NCBI GenBank assembly: GCA_964422035.1
Contig: CAYQZQ010000001.1
Span: forward strand, 515,025-579,024
From: an uncultured Pseudomonadales bacterium
GTDB taxonomy: Bacteria > Patescibacteriota > Microgenomatia > UBA1400 > Chazhemtobacteraceae
Direction of reading: 5' to 3'
Length of the DNA stretch: 64,000 bases
This document shows positions 48,901 through 58,063 of this stretch, piece after piece. The notes under the pieces are model-generated. The model made no database searches. It saw nothing but the letters and a program-made list of their open reading frames with translations, and had not been told where the DNA came from. Position 1 is the first letter of the stretch. Each line of letters begins with the position of its first letter. The position numbers and the translations under genes were made by a program.

Positions 48901-51036
48901 TTAAATTGGTTCTATAGTTATGTTAATCTTTTCAGCTCGTGGGGGCATGTATCTTCTTAGTATCGGCAAATTTGGAGATATGATTAGCTGACTTCGCTTA
49001 TAGCCGGCAATGTTTTCTAAAAGCCTCCTGGTTTCTCTTGCTGACATTTTTTTCATTTGTTCTTGATAGTCTGCAATAGGTACATCAGGTGTTAGTTGGG
49101 CTTCAATTTTGACATCCGCAGTGAGGGAGTTGTCTTGAGAGTTTAAAGCTATAAACTCGGTTGTTGTGTCTTCCAATCTTAATTTCCAACCAGGAGGAAT
49201 GTCATCTCTGATTTTATTTTTCAAAAGGTTAACCATGTCTTCGTCTTTATATGTAAGCAGGGTAAATTCAGCCTTTAGATTCAGACTCAAATTATCAGCA
49301 GGGTCTCCAGCCTCAACACTGTATTGAGCATCTGTAATTTCTGGACTTGATATAGGAACTGTGTTTTGCCCATCCTTTTGAGTCTTATTTAGTTTCTCCT
49401 TAGATTGACTGATAATCTCCTCAGTGACATTTTTTAACAATCTATCAAGATCCTCTTGGTTGGGAGATTTAACGGTTTCAGAATATCCCCCGGAAAAATC
49501 ATCATTTGCTTTAGCTAAAACTGATGTTTTAGGATATGTGTCAACACTTAACTCTGTTCCTGAACTAATATTTCCCTCTTCACCAACTTGTTCTGCTGTA
49601 ACTGATGTCGTGCTTTGACCAGGAACCAGAGTTGTAATTTCGCTTTCATCAGTTGAAGCAGTTTGTGAAGCAATTTCAACTTCCTCGTCTAGAGTGTACT
49701 CTATGTTATTGCTAGTAGCTAGGATGGCTCCTTTTTCAATAACCTTAGAAGAGTTTGTCTTGTTGTACAAAACAACTTGACCTTTTGCGGGATTTCCAAT
49801 TAAAGTTTCTCCTGTAGTAGAGATTTCTCCTTGGCCCTCTAGAGAAATTGATTGTTGGCCTGCCTTTAACGTGGAATTGCCACTCCCTTGATCTGAAATA
49901 TCTATAGTTAATCTTTTAGTAACTTTCTCTGGCTCTACAAAAACTTTTATATTTGCTGTTAAAAACTGCATGTAAATAATTAAGGTTCCTATTCCCATTA
50001 ACAATAAAATGATTAAGGGGGCAAGTATTTTCCAAGTTTTTGAAATATTTGTTTTAGGAAAAGAAAAGTTTACTGAAGGTCTTTTAAAATTTTTGATCTT
50101 ATTAACTAAAATAGATGAGTAAGTTTTTATGCCTTTTCTATCTTGGGTGTCTTTTATTTTTTTTACTTCATCATCAGGTTCACTTTCTTGGTCTTGGTGT
50201 GAAGACTTTGTAATATCGTCCGAGATAAAACTGTTCTGTTTGTGTTTTGTGTTAGATTTGTTTTTATCTTTTTTAATTTTTTTGTCGCTGATCTTTATCC
50301 CCATAGATTTTGCTGCTTCGATACCTCCCGCTAACGCAACTGATTGAATGGTTAATTGAGAATCTGGTTGCTCTACTTTAGGAAGGTGTATAAAGGGTAG
50401 TTTTTCTTGCCAGGGGTATGATGAAAGTTGCTGCTCAGCGTCTGACTCAGATCCATTAATTATTAATATGCGTGACGGTAGTTGTTTGACGTCAATTCTT
50501 GCCAACGCCTCTTCAACATCCTGACCCAGATCTTCACTTCTTCCCACCTCTTGCCTTCCTATGACACGGCCAAGTTTAATCACTACAACATTTACTTTTG
50601 TATCATTTAGTTCTAAGAGGATAAGGCTTGGAGGAATACCTTCACTGATTTTAAGTTGTTGAATAATGGCTTCTGTTATAACAACAAATCCTACAGCCTC
50701 AATTTCAAGCTTCTTTGTAATATCTTTAATTTTGGGCTGAATAGATAAGGCAATTTTTTTTCCTTTTACCCAAGCCTCTGGTAGTCCGAAAATTGCTTTA
50801 TCGGGTTCAGAACTTAAACCTTTCAATGCAGAACCTAAAGACTTGTCAACAGCTAGCAACAATGATTCGTCATCTCTCCAACTTTCAACTGAACCATAGT
50901 TGATAATCTTAGGTTGGTTGTCGACAATCTGCCAGACTGCAGTTTTTACCCTAGATTCTTGAATTTCAATTGCAAGAAACTTTTCGGGTGACATCTCGTC
51001 TTTGTTGTTCTTTTTTAGAATATTGTTTATTTCCAT
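48901..51036 (-). CDS. 711-aa bitopic membrane protein: cytoplasmic N-domain with weak FtsA/PilM actin-like resemblance, single TM near residue 330, large extracellular S/T/E-rich domain
   Basis: LAIEIQESRVKTAVWQIVDNQPKII and LILLELNDTKVNVVVIKLGRVIGRQEV resemble the phosphate-1/2 segments of actin-like ATPases (degenerate). TM WKILAPLIILLLMGIGTLIIYMQFL. No LPXTG motif. Confidence 0.35.
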   Translation of the reverse strand: MEINNILKKNNKDEMSPEKFLAIEIQESRVKTAVWQIVDNQPKIINYGSVESWRDDESLLLAVDKSLGSALKGLSSEPDKAIFGLPEAWVKGKKIALSIQPKIKDITKKLEIEAVGFVVITEAIIQQLKISEGIPPSLILLELNDTKVNVVVIKLGRVIGRQEVGRSEDLGQDVEEALARIDVKQLPSRILIINGSESDAEQQLSSYPWQEKLPFIHLPKVEQPDSQLTIQSVALAGGIEAAKSMGIKISDKKIKKDKNKSNTKHKQNSFISDDITKSSHQDQESEPDDEVKKIKDTQDRKGIKTYSSILVNKIKNFKRPSVNFSFPKTNISKTWKILAPLIILLLMGIGTLIIYMQFLTANIKVFVEPEKVTKRLTIDISDQGSGNSTLKAGQQSISLEGQGEISTTGETLIGNPAKGQVVLYNKTNSSKVIEKGAILATSNNIEYTLDEEVEIASQTASTDESEITTLVPGQSTTSVTAEQVGEEGNISSGTELSVDTYPKTSVLAKANDDFSGGYSETVKSPNQEDLDRLLKNVTEEIISQSKEKLNKTQKDGQNTVPISSPEITDAQYSVEAGDPADNLSLNLKAEFTLLTYKDEDMVNLLKNKIRDDIPPGWKLRLEDTTTEFIALNSQDNSLTADVKIEAQLTPDVPIADYQEQMKKMSARETRRLLENIAGYKRSQLIISPNLPILRRYMPPRAEKINITIEPI

Positions 51037-51065
51037 TATCTTAGTTTATTACAATGGAGGGCAGT

Positions 51066-52919
51066 TTAAACCAATTTTGCATAAATCCTTTGTATACCCT
51101 TACCCACTGATGTCTGTTTATATATTTTAATATGTCCGATATCTCCTGTACTAGAGACATGAGGTCCGTTGCATACCTCAAGGCTAAAGTCTCTAATGCT
51201 ATATACTTTGACTTCTTGCTGATTGTATCTTTCTTTAAAAAAGGCAAGTGCATTTTTTTCTAGTGCTTCCTCTAAGGTCATTTGAGAAAATTCAACCTGT
51301 AAGTCTTCATCAATTTTTTTATTTACGATTTTCTCAACTTCCCTTAATTCTTCATCACTAATTTTTTGGGAATGCGTGAAATCAAATCGGAGTCTTTCTT
51401 TTGTAATATTTGAACCTGTTTGTTTGACTTGCTCTCCCAAGACCTTCCTTAGTGCTTTGTGAACAAGGTGTGTAGCAGTGTGATATTTCGTGGTTGTCTC
51501 TGAATGATCAGCTAACCCCCCCTTAAACATTCCCTTACTTGCAGAGCGAGATTTTTCTGCATGATTTTGAATTAATTTTTCAAACTTTTTTTTGTCAAGA
51601 TTTACCCCCTTGCGAGCCAATAAGTTGCTGGTGATTTCGAAGGGTAAGCCGTGGGATTGATAGAGATCAAATGCTTTTTGTTCGTCAATTTTGGAGAATT
51701 TTAGTTTTTCAAGTTCTCTTAAACCTCTTTCTAAAGTTTTTGAAAATTTATTTAGCTCCGAATCAATAGTGTCCTTAATTATTGTTTTCTTTGTTTCTAA
51801 ATAATCATAGTCCTGCTTGTATATATCTACTACTGTTTCTACCAAAGAAGCCAATTGCTTGGAAGCTGGGTTATCTGTTAGGTGATACATTGACATCGAG
51901 GCGTTTCTTAACAGGCGTCGAAGAATATAACCTTGTTGCTTGTTGGAAGGGCGGACTCCTTGCCCAATCATAAACGTTGAGGCTTTAATGTGGTCAGCTA
52001 TAGCTTGAAAATCAGCTTTATTATTGGACGTGTATTCTTCATTAGTTAATATTTTAAGTTTGTTTATAATCGGCTGAAATAAATCAGTTCTAAACATATC
52101 GGGAGTATCTTGTTTGGCAGCTAAGAGTCGCTCAAGACCTCCTCCAAAATCGACGTTGGGGTGTTTTAATTTTTCAAAAGTGCCATCTTTGTTTTTTTTA
52201 TATTGCATAAAAACTGAATTGCCGATTTCAAAAAATCTTCCGCAGTCACAGTTGGGATGACAATGTGGGCCATATTTTGAGTCATGCTCGACTTGATCAA
52301 ATTCAAAAAAGACTTCGGAGTCTGGTCCTCCAGGCTCTTGAGGGGGCATGTTTTCTGGTACTCCCTGCCTACTCCACCAGTTTTTTTGAGCATCATAAAA
52401 GAATATGCGTGCGTTTTTTTTGAGACCACTGCTTTTTGCTTCTTCTCCATCTTGTGTGACAGCTTTTATGCCAACATCAGAGAATAAATTTTTCCAAATA
52501 CTTACTGACTCTTCGTCTTTAGAGATATTATTTTGTGAAGAACCAGAAAAAACAGAGACATAGAGTCTCTCTGGTGAGAGCTTAATCTCTTGAATAAGAA
52601 AATCCCAAAACCACGATAGTTGTTGTGCCTTAAAGTAATCTCCGAGCGACCAATTTCCTAGCATTTCAAAGAATGTTGTATGTCTATCATCTCCTACTTC
52701 ATCAATGTCTTCAGCTCTAAAAGAAGGCTGCGAGTTGACTAAGCGGACTCCTTGGGGGTGCTTTTGTCCTAGAAGATAGGGAACAAGGGGTTGCATTCCA
52801 GAACCGGTGAACAGGGTGGTGGGGTCTTCCTGAGGAACAAGAGAAGCAGGGGAGATAATGACGTGGTCTTTGGATTTAAAATAATTTAGATATTTTTGCC
52901 TTAATTCTTGACCAGTCAT
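51066..52919 (-). CDS. alaS: Alanine--tRNA ligase, short form lacking the C-Ala domain
   Basis: Catalytic-core match (DPTTLFTGSGMQP..., HTTFFEMLGNWSLGDYF) and editing-domain HTATHLVH...CNGPHV. 617 aa versus the usual about 870. Confidence 0.85.
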   Translation of the reverse strand: MTGQELRQKYLNYFKSKDHVIISPASLVPQEDPTTLFTGSGMQPLVPYLLGQKHPQGVRLVNSQPSFRAEDIDEVGDDRHTTFFEMLGNWSLGDYFKAQQLSWFWDFLIQEIKLSPERLYVSVFSGSSQNNISKDEESVSIWKNLFSDVGIKAVTQDGEEAKSSGLKKNARIFFYDAQKNWWSRQGVPENMPPQEPGGPDSEVFFEFDQVEHDSKYGPHCHPNCDCGRFFEIGNSVFMQYKKNKDGTFEKLKHPNVDFGGGLERLLAAKQDTPDMFRTDLFQPIINKLKILTNEEYTSNNKADFQAIADHIKASTFMIGQGVRPSNKQQGYILRRLLRNASMSMYHLTDNPASKQLASLVETVVDIYKQDYDYLETKKTIIKDTIDSELNKFSKTLERGLRELEKLKFSKIDEQKAFDLYQSHGLPFEITSNLLARKGVNLDKKKFEKLIQNHAEKSRSASKGMFKGGLADHSETTTKYHTATHLVHKALRKVLGEQVKQTGSNITKERLRFDFTHSQKISDEELREVEKIVNKKIDEDLQVEFSQMTLEEALEKNALAFFKERYNQQEVKVYSIRDFSLEVCNGPHVSSTGDIGHIKIYKQTSVGKGIQRIYAKLV

Positions 52920-52960
52920 AATGATTAATTATACTGGCCTTGATAGAAAATCCAAAATGA

Positions 52961-53272
52961 TTAGTTTCTTAGTGGTTGTCCATTTTTAGTGAAAGAAGAT
53001 AAATTTGAATTTGAATTGTTTCTTTTGAGCTTGTTAAGAACTGTCTTTTTGGGTTTTTCAACCTCTTGATGTCTATTTTCTGAAAAAACTTCTTTTAGGT
53101 TGGGATCAAGATCTTTGGCTAGTTTTTTTGCTTCTTTGTAAAGCTCCCTAGACACTTCTCTTCCTCTTTGGGTTCCTAGTAGTAAGGCAGCTACAGCACC
53201 CACCGCAGCTCCAGTAAAAAAGGAGGACAAGGAGTTCTCTTGATGATAATACTTATTATTTTTCTGTGACAT
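52961..53272 (-). CDS. YtxH-like (DUF948-family) small protein
   Basis: GAAVGAVAALLLGTQRGREVSREL, a YtxH-type motif. Confidence 0.45.
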   Translation of the reverse strand: MSQKNNKYYHQENSLSSFFTGAAVGAVAALLLGTQRGREVSRELYKEAKKLAKDLDPNLKEVFSENRHQEVEKPKKTVLNKLKRNNSNSNLSSFTKNGQPLRN

Positions 53273-53543
53273 AGGTATCCTTGTTCTTCTTTTCAAAAAA
53301 AGTTCGAATTACTTCAACTAGATTAATACCTTGCTTAACACCTGTTATTATATTATTTAAGCTTTGTCCGGGATTCCCAAGTTTATGGATCAGTAATTCT
53401 ATTTCGTCGATAACCTCGTTAGTTCTTTGGATGGTTTTTCTTAATTCTTTAAGTAACAAGATTATCTGAATACCGACAAAGGTAAGTACGCCGGTTATCA
53501 GCACAATGACTACTATTAAAAGGGCTTGATTAAATGTGAACAT
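53256..53543 (-). CDS. DUF948-like small membrane protein
   Basis: N-terminal TM plus coiled-coil; 95 aa. Confidence 0.4.
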   Translation of the reverse strand: MFTFNQALLIVVIVLITGVLTFVGIQIILLLKELRKTIQRTNEVIDEIELLIHKLGNPGQSLNNIITGVKQGINLVEVIRTFFEKKNKDTYVTEK

Positions 53544-53584
53544 ACCTGCAGTTTGTCATATATTTGGTAATTTTTAAAGTATCA

Positions 53585-54217
53585 TTATGAAGACACGATA
53601 GTTATAGGGATTGTTTTTTTATTGGTCCTAGAAAATCGATTAGTAGATTTGATTTCAAGCTCGTACTCACCAGGAGAGAGGTTGATCTGGGTAAAGAATA
53701 TGCCGGAAGAGTCAGGTTTAATATGAGTATTTTGATTAATCATTATTGATGAATCAGGAGAGGTTTTACCTTCGATAATTACAGGTGAAACAATAACAGA
53801 ATTAGCTTCAGGTTGAGTAATGCTTAGGGGTGGAGGAACAACAAGTGCTCTATATTGAAAAGCTAAATATCCAAAGAAGGCAATTATTCCTGTAGCTACC
53901 AACTTCCAGCCCGTTGATGAAATTATTGAAGATTTTTGCTTAATGTTAGAGGTAGATTCTTTTTCTAATGTTGTATTTTTAGTAGAAGAGTAATCTCTAC
54001 GAAAAACAGCGATCAACTCCTCAGGGGGAACATCGACTTGAATAGCATAGTTTCTTATAAACCCTTTTACAAAAGTTGGAGGGGGCAGCTTTTGAAATTT
54101 ATCGTTCTCTAGCGCCTTGATGTATCTGGCTTCAATCCTAGTTGCCTGAGCGATATCTTGAATAGAAAGTTTTTTCTCTTTGCGTGCAGAAGTTAGGATT
54201 TCCCCAAGAGATTTCAT
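53585..54217 (-). CDS. rodZ: RodZ-like cytoskeleton protein (XRE-type HTH + TM + C-terminal beta domain)
   Basis: LGEILTSARKEKKLSIQDIAQATRIEARYIKALEND HTH, TM at about residue 105. Confidence 0.6.
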   Translation of the reverse strand: MKSLGEILTSARKEKKLSIQDIAQATRIEARYIKALENDKFQKLPPPTFVKGFIRNYAIQVDVPPEELIAVFRRDYSSTKNTTLEKESTSNIKQKSSIISSTGWKLVATGIIAFFGYLAFQYRALVVPPPLSITQPEANSVIVSPVIIEGKTSPDSSIMINQNTHIKPDSSGIFFTQINLSPGEYELEIKSTNRFSRTNKKTIPITIVSS

Positions 54218-54220
54218 TTT

Positions 54221-56344
54221 TTACTCTTCTTCTACTTCGTTTAAAATTTCGTCTGCTGAATCAATTAAGACATCGCGCGGTTTGCTTCCGTCTGGAGGAG
54301 TAACAATGCCAGCTCTTTGTAGTTGATCTAAGATGCGAGCAGCTCTTGCATAACCAATTGAAAGGCGTCTCTGGAAAAGAGAGGCTGAGGCTTTATCGTG
54401 TTGCACACTAAGCTTAACGGCATCATCAAATAATTCATCTACATCTTCAAGTGGTTCTCCTTCTATGCTAGTAGGGGCACTTGAAGAGTGGGTTTCAGTA
54501 ACTTCCTCCTCGTACTCAGGTTTTTCTGAATGCTTTTTAAGGTAATCAATTACTTCTTTGGTTTCACTATCGGAAACAAATGTGCCCTGAATTCTGCGTG
54601 GTTTGGCTTGGTCAGGAGGAATATACAACATGTCACCTTTGCCTAACAATTTTTCAGCTCCAGGAGTATCAATGATAACTCTAGAGTCAACCATAGAAGT
54701 CACATTAAAGGCGATACGACAAGGGATATTTGCTTTGATTAAGCCAGTGATTACATCTGTAGATGGCCTTTGAGTAGATAATATTAGATGTATACCTACA
54801 GCTCGTGCCATTTGAGCAAGTCTAGTAATTGTATCTTCAACTTCGGACGTGTTGTAAAGCATGATATCAGCCAGTTCGTCAATAAAGATAACGATGTAAG
54901 GCATTGCTTGAAAGCCAGATAGTTGATTGTATGCAGCAATATTTCTTACCTTAACTTCTGAGAACAATTTATATCTTCTTTCCATTTCCTGAAGGGCCCA
55001 TTTCAATGAAGCTACCACTTTTTCTGGGTCGATTATCACGGGAGTAAGAAGATGGGGAATTCCGTTGTACTGAGTTAATTCTACTCGTTTGGGATCAACT
55101 AATATGAGTTTTACTTCTGAGGGTGAGGTTCTGTAAAGGATTGAGGAAATAAATGAGTTAATACAAACGGACTTACCCGAGCCCGTAGCACCGGCAATTA
55201 AGACGTGGGGCATTTTGGTTATATCAACTACAACTGGCTCACCGGAAACATTTAACCCCAAACCAACAACTAGTTTTGAATCGGATTCCTTCATGGGTTG
55301 AGAAACAAGCATTCGCTTTAAAGATACATTTTCAGCAGAACGATTGGGGACTTCTATGCCAACAAGATTTCTGCCAGGAATGGGAGCTTCTATTCTTATC
55401 TGACCAGTGGGAGCTGATAGAGCCAGGGCAAGGTCGTTTTGGAGATTAGTTACTTTTGATAGCTTGGTTCCAATTGCAAGTTCGATGGCATATTGTGTTA
55501 CGGCTGGACCAAGATTTACTTCAACCACCCGGGCTTCAATACCGAACGATTCAAGCGTTTTTTCAATAATATCGGCATTCTTTTTTATATCACCGCGATC
55601 GGCTTGACCTGTTTTTACATCCTCTAATAAGTCCAGTGAAGGTGCTTGCCACTGTTGATTGCTATCAGCCGAAGGTTGATTCCTGACAACTTGATTTTCC
55701 AGGTCTGTTGATTCATCTTCTTTATTGATATCTTTCTGTTTTTTTGTGTCAGCGGATTTATCTAATGATTCAGATTTTGAACTTGGAGTCATGCCACCAA
55801 CCTTCAATTGTCTTTTGGAAAGGATTTTTGATGTTTTGGGTTTAGGTACATTTTGACCAGCTTTTTGAATGAATTTTAAAGTATCTTTGATAAAAACAAC
55901 CATATCTTCCAGTGATGTCTCAAAGAATATAATCAGGCCTATTAACGTGCCTGAAAAAAAGAACAAGTATGTTCCAGGAGAGGTTATAAGAGATTTAAAG
56001 GATATGAAGACTTGAGAGCCAATTTCACCAGACTGAAATAAAGTTATTAAAGATAATAAGATAATTAGTGCTCCAAGAAAAATATGAGGCTTCGCTGCTT
56101 CTAACTTTACTTTGGTGATAACCAATCCTCCCAATATAAAAATAAAGGGTAGTCCTATCAATCCCCAACCAAAAAGATGGGAGCCTAGTTGGTATATTTT
56201 GGAAAGTATTGGTCCTTGTTGCGAAAAAGAGATTGAGACTAGCCCACCTAGAGTAATAAGACTGACGGCAGCTATCGACCTTAGAGAGTCTTTCTTTAAT
56301 TTAAGTTTAAAAGGTTTAGTGCGTCTTCCGCGCTTTCGAGCCAT
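54221..56344 (-). CDS. ftsK: DNA translocase FtsK/SpoIIIE
   Basis: N-terminal TMs; motor domain HVLIAGATGSGKSVCIN, IVIFIDELAD; C-terminal gamma-like domain. Confidence 0.9.
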   Translation of the reverse strand: MARKRGRRTKPFKLKLKKDSLRSIAAVSLITLGGLVSISFSQQGPILSKIYQLGSHLFGWGLIGLPFIFILGGLVITKVKLEAAKPHIFLGALIILLSLITLFQSGEIGSQVFISFKSLITSPGTYLFFFSGTLIGLIIFFETSLEDMVVFIKDTLKFIQKAGQNVPKPKTSKILSKRQLKVGGMTPSSKSESLDKSADTKKQKDINKEDESTDLENQVVRNQPSADSNQQWQAPSLDLLEDVKTGQADRGDIKKNADIIEKTLESFGIEARVVEVNLGPAVTQYAIELAIGTKLSKVTNLQNDLALALSAPTGQIRIEAPIPGRNLVGIEVPNRSAENVSLKRMLVSQPMKESDSKLVVGLGLNVSGEPVVVDITKMPHVLIAGATGSGKSVCINSFISSILYRTSPSEVKLILVDPKRVELTQYNGIPHLLTPVIIDPEKVVASLKWALQEMERRYKLFSEVKVRNIAAYNQLSGFQAMPYIVIFIDELADIMLYNTSEVEDTITRLAQMARAVGIHLILSTQRPSTDVITGLIKANIPCRIAFNVTSMVDSRVIIDTPGAEKLLGKGDMLYIPPDQAKPRRIQGTFVSDSETKEVIDYLKKHSEKPEYEEEVTETHSSSAPTSIEGEPLEDVDELFDDAVKLSVQHDKASASLFQRRLSIGYARAARILDQLQRAGIVTPPDGSKPRDVLIDSADEILNEVEEE

Positions 56345-56385
56345 AAGCAGGCAATAAGTTTTTTATAGTAAGACTATTATATCGT

Positions 56386-58044
56386 CTATGCTTCAACTAC
56401 AACAGGGATAATAAGTGGGTTTCTTTCTGTTTTTTGATAGATAAAGTTATCAAGACGATCTTGTATTTTATTTCGAATAAATCCCCAGTCAGTGACTTGG
56501 CCTTTGTGTTTTTCTAAGGCTTTTTTGACTTGATCTTTAATTTCATCGATAAGATCTTCAGACTCTTTGACATAGACAAATCCTCTGGAAACTATCTCGA
56601 TGTCTCCTGTAATCTGTCCTGTGCTGTGATCTACGGGGATGATGGCTACAACTATGCCCTCTTCAGACATTACTTGCCTGTCTCTAAGAACTACCTTACC
56701 CACATCGCCAATACCCAAGCCATCAACATAAATGTTTCTTAATCTTGTTGTATTACCAAGCTTAACTTGTCGGTCTTTTAAGATAATTTCTTGTCCATCT
56801 TTGGGTAAAAGAGTTTTATCTTCAGAGTAGCCTAGATCTTGTACCATCTTTTTGTAGGCGTATTGGTGTCTAATCTGTCCTCCAATTGGGAAGAAGTATT
56901 TAGGCTTGGTTAACCTGGCTAATAATTTTAGCTCACCTCTATAGCCGTGGCCTGAAACGTGCAGTTGGTTAGTTATATCGCTGTATATGACCTCAACACC
57001 TTGTCGAGTTAAGGTGTCAATTAAAGAGTAGACACCTGACTCATTCCCTGGAATAGCGTCTGATGAAATAACTACTTTGTCACCTTCTTTAAGTTTGACG
57101 TTTCTGTGCTCTCCTGCAGCGGCTCTTTGCATAGATGAACCTTCCTGTCCTTGAGATCCTGCAATCATTAAAGCGACTTGACTATCTTTAAAGTTTTTTA
57201 TTTTGTGACGATCGATTAACATGTTTTTAGGTATGTTGACATAACCTTCTTCTGCAGCAATTTTTAAGTTAGTTTCTACGCTGCGCCCAACTAGGGCAAT
57301 TTTACGCCCTGCAGAAGCGGCTGCCTCAATGGCCATGCCGAATCGAGCAACAGAAGAACTCATGGTGGTAACAATAAATTTCCCTTTGGTTGTTCTAAGT
57401 TCTTTTTGAAAGGTTTCTTTGATAAGTTTTTCGGGCTGAGTAAAGCCTGCTTTCTCGACGCGAAGACAGTCTGACAAGAGAAGATCAATTCCTGCACTAC
57501 CTACTTGAGCAATTTTATTGAGGTCTGGTGGTTTTCCATCAGGAGGAGTTAGATCAAATTTAAAGTCAGTACCGTGATACACGGTTCCGGCGGGTGTCTC
57601 GATAAGAAAATGTTTACAATCAGGAATCGAGTGGGTTACGTGGATGGGTGTTATGGAGAAGGGTCCAAGTTGGATTTTATTTTTTATAAGCTTAAATGGA
57701 TTATGTAATCCGTATTCTTGTACATTGTTTTTGGCTAGAGCAATAGTTAGTTGTGAACCATATATGGGAAGATCCTTTTCAAGTCTAGGTAAAACGTATG
57801 GCAGTCCACCCATGTGATCTTGATGACCATGAGTTAGAACAATGCCGTGCAGTTTTTTGTTTGATTTTTCTATGTACGATATGTCAGGGATAAGGACGTC
57901 TACTCCTAGCATGCTTTCCGTTGGGAAACCAATGCCGCAGTCTACGGCAATTTGATGTTCTCCATATTCATAGATGAACATGTTTTTGTTAACTTGACCA
58001 TTTCCACCTAGTGGAATGATTTTGAGTGATTTTGATGAATTCAT
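56386..58044 (-). CDS. rnj: Ribonuclease J (beta-CASP metallo-beta-lactamase)
   Basis: HGIVLTHGHQDHMGGLPYVL and the beta-CASP region; 552 aa. Confidence 0.85.
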   Translation of the reverse strand: MNSSKSLKIIPLGGNGQVNKNMFIYEYGEHQIAVDCGIGFPTESMLGVDVLIPDISYIEKSNKKLHGIVLTHGHQDHMGGLPYVLPRLEKDLPIYGSQLTIALAKNNVQEYGLHNPFKLIKNKIQLGPFSITPIHVTHSIPDCKHFLIETPAGTVYHGTDFKFDLTPPDGKPPDLNKIAQVGSAGIDLLLSDCLRVEKAGFTQPEKLIKETFQKELRTTKGKFIVTTMSSSVARFGMAIEAAASAGRKIALVGRSVETNLKIAAEEGYVNIPKNMLIDRHKIKNFKDSQVALMIAGSQGQEGSSMQRAAAGEHRNVKLKEGDKVVISSDAIPGNESGVYSLIDTLTRQGVEVIYSDITNQLHVSGHGYRGELKLLARLTKPKYFFPIGGQIRHQYAYKKMVQDLGYSEDKTLLPKDGQEIILKDRQVKLGNTTRLRNIYVDGLGIGDVGKVVLRDRQVMSEEGIVVAIIPVDHSTGQITGDIEIVSRGFVYVKESEDLIDEIKDQVKKALEKHKGQVTDWGFIRNKIQDRLDNFIYQKTERNPLIIPVVVEA

Positions 58045-58063
58045 ATTTTTTGTAATTTATTAA

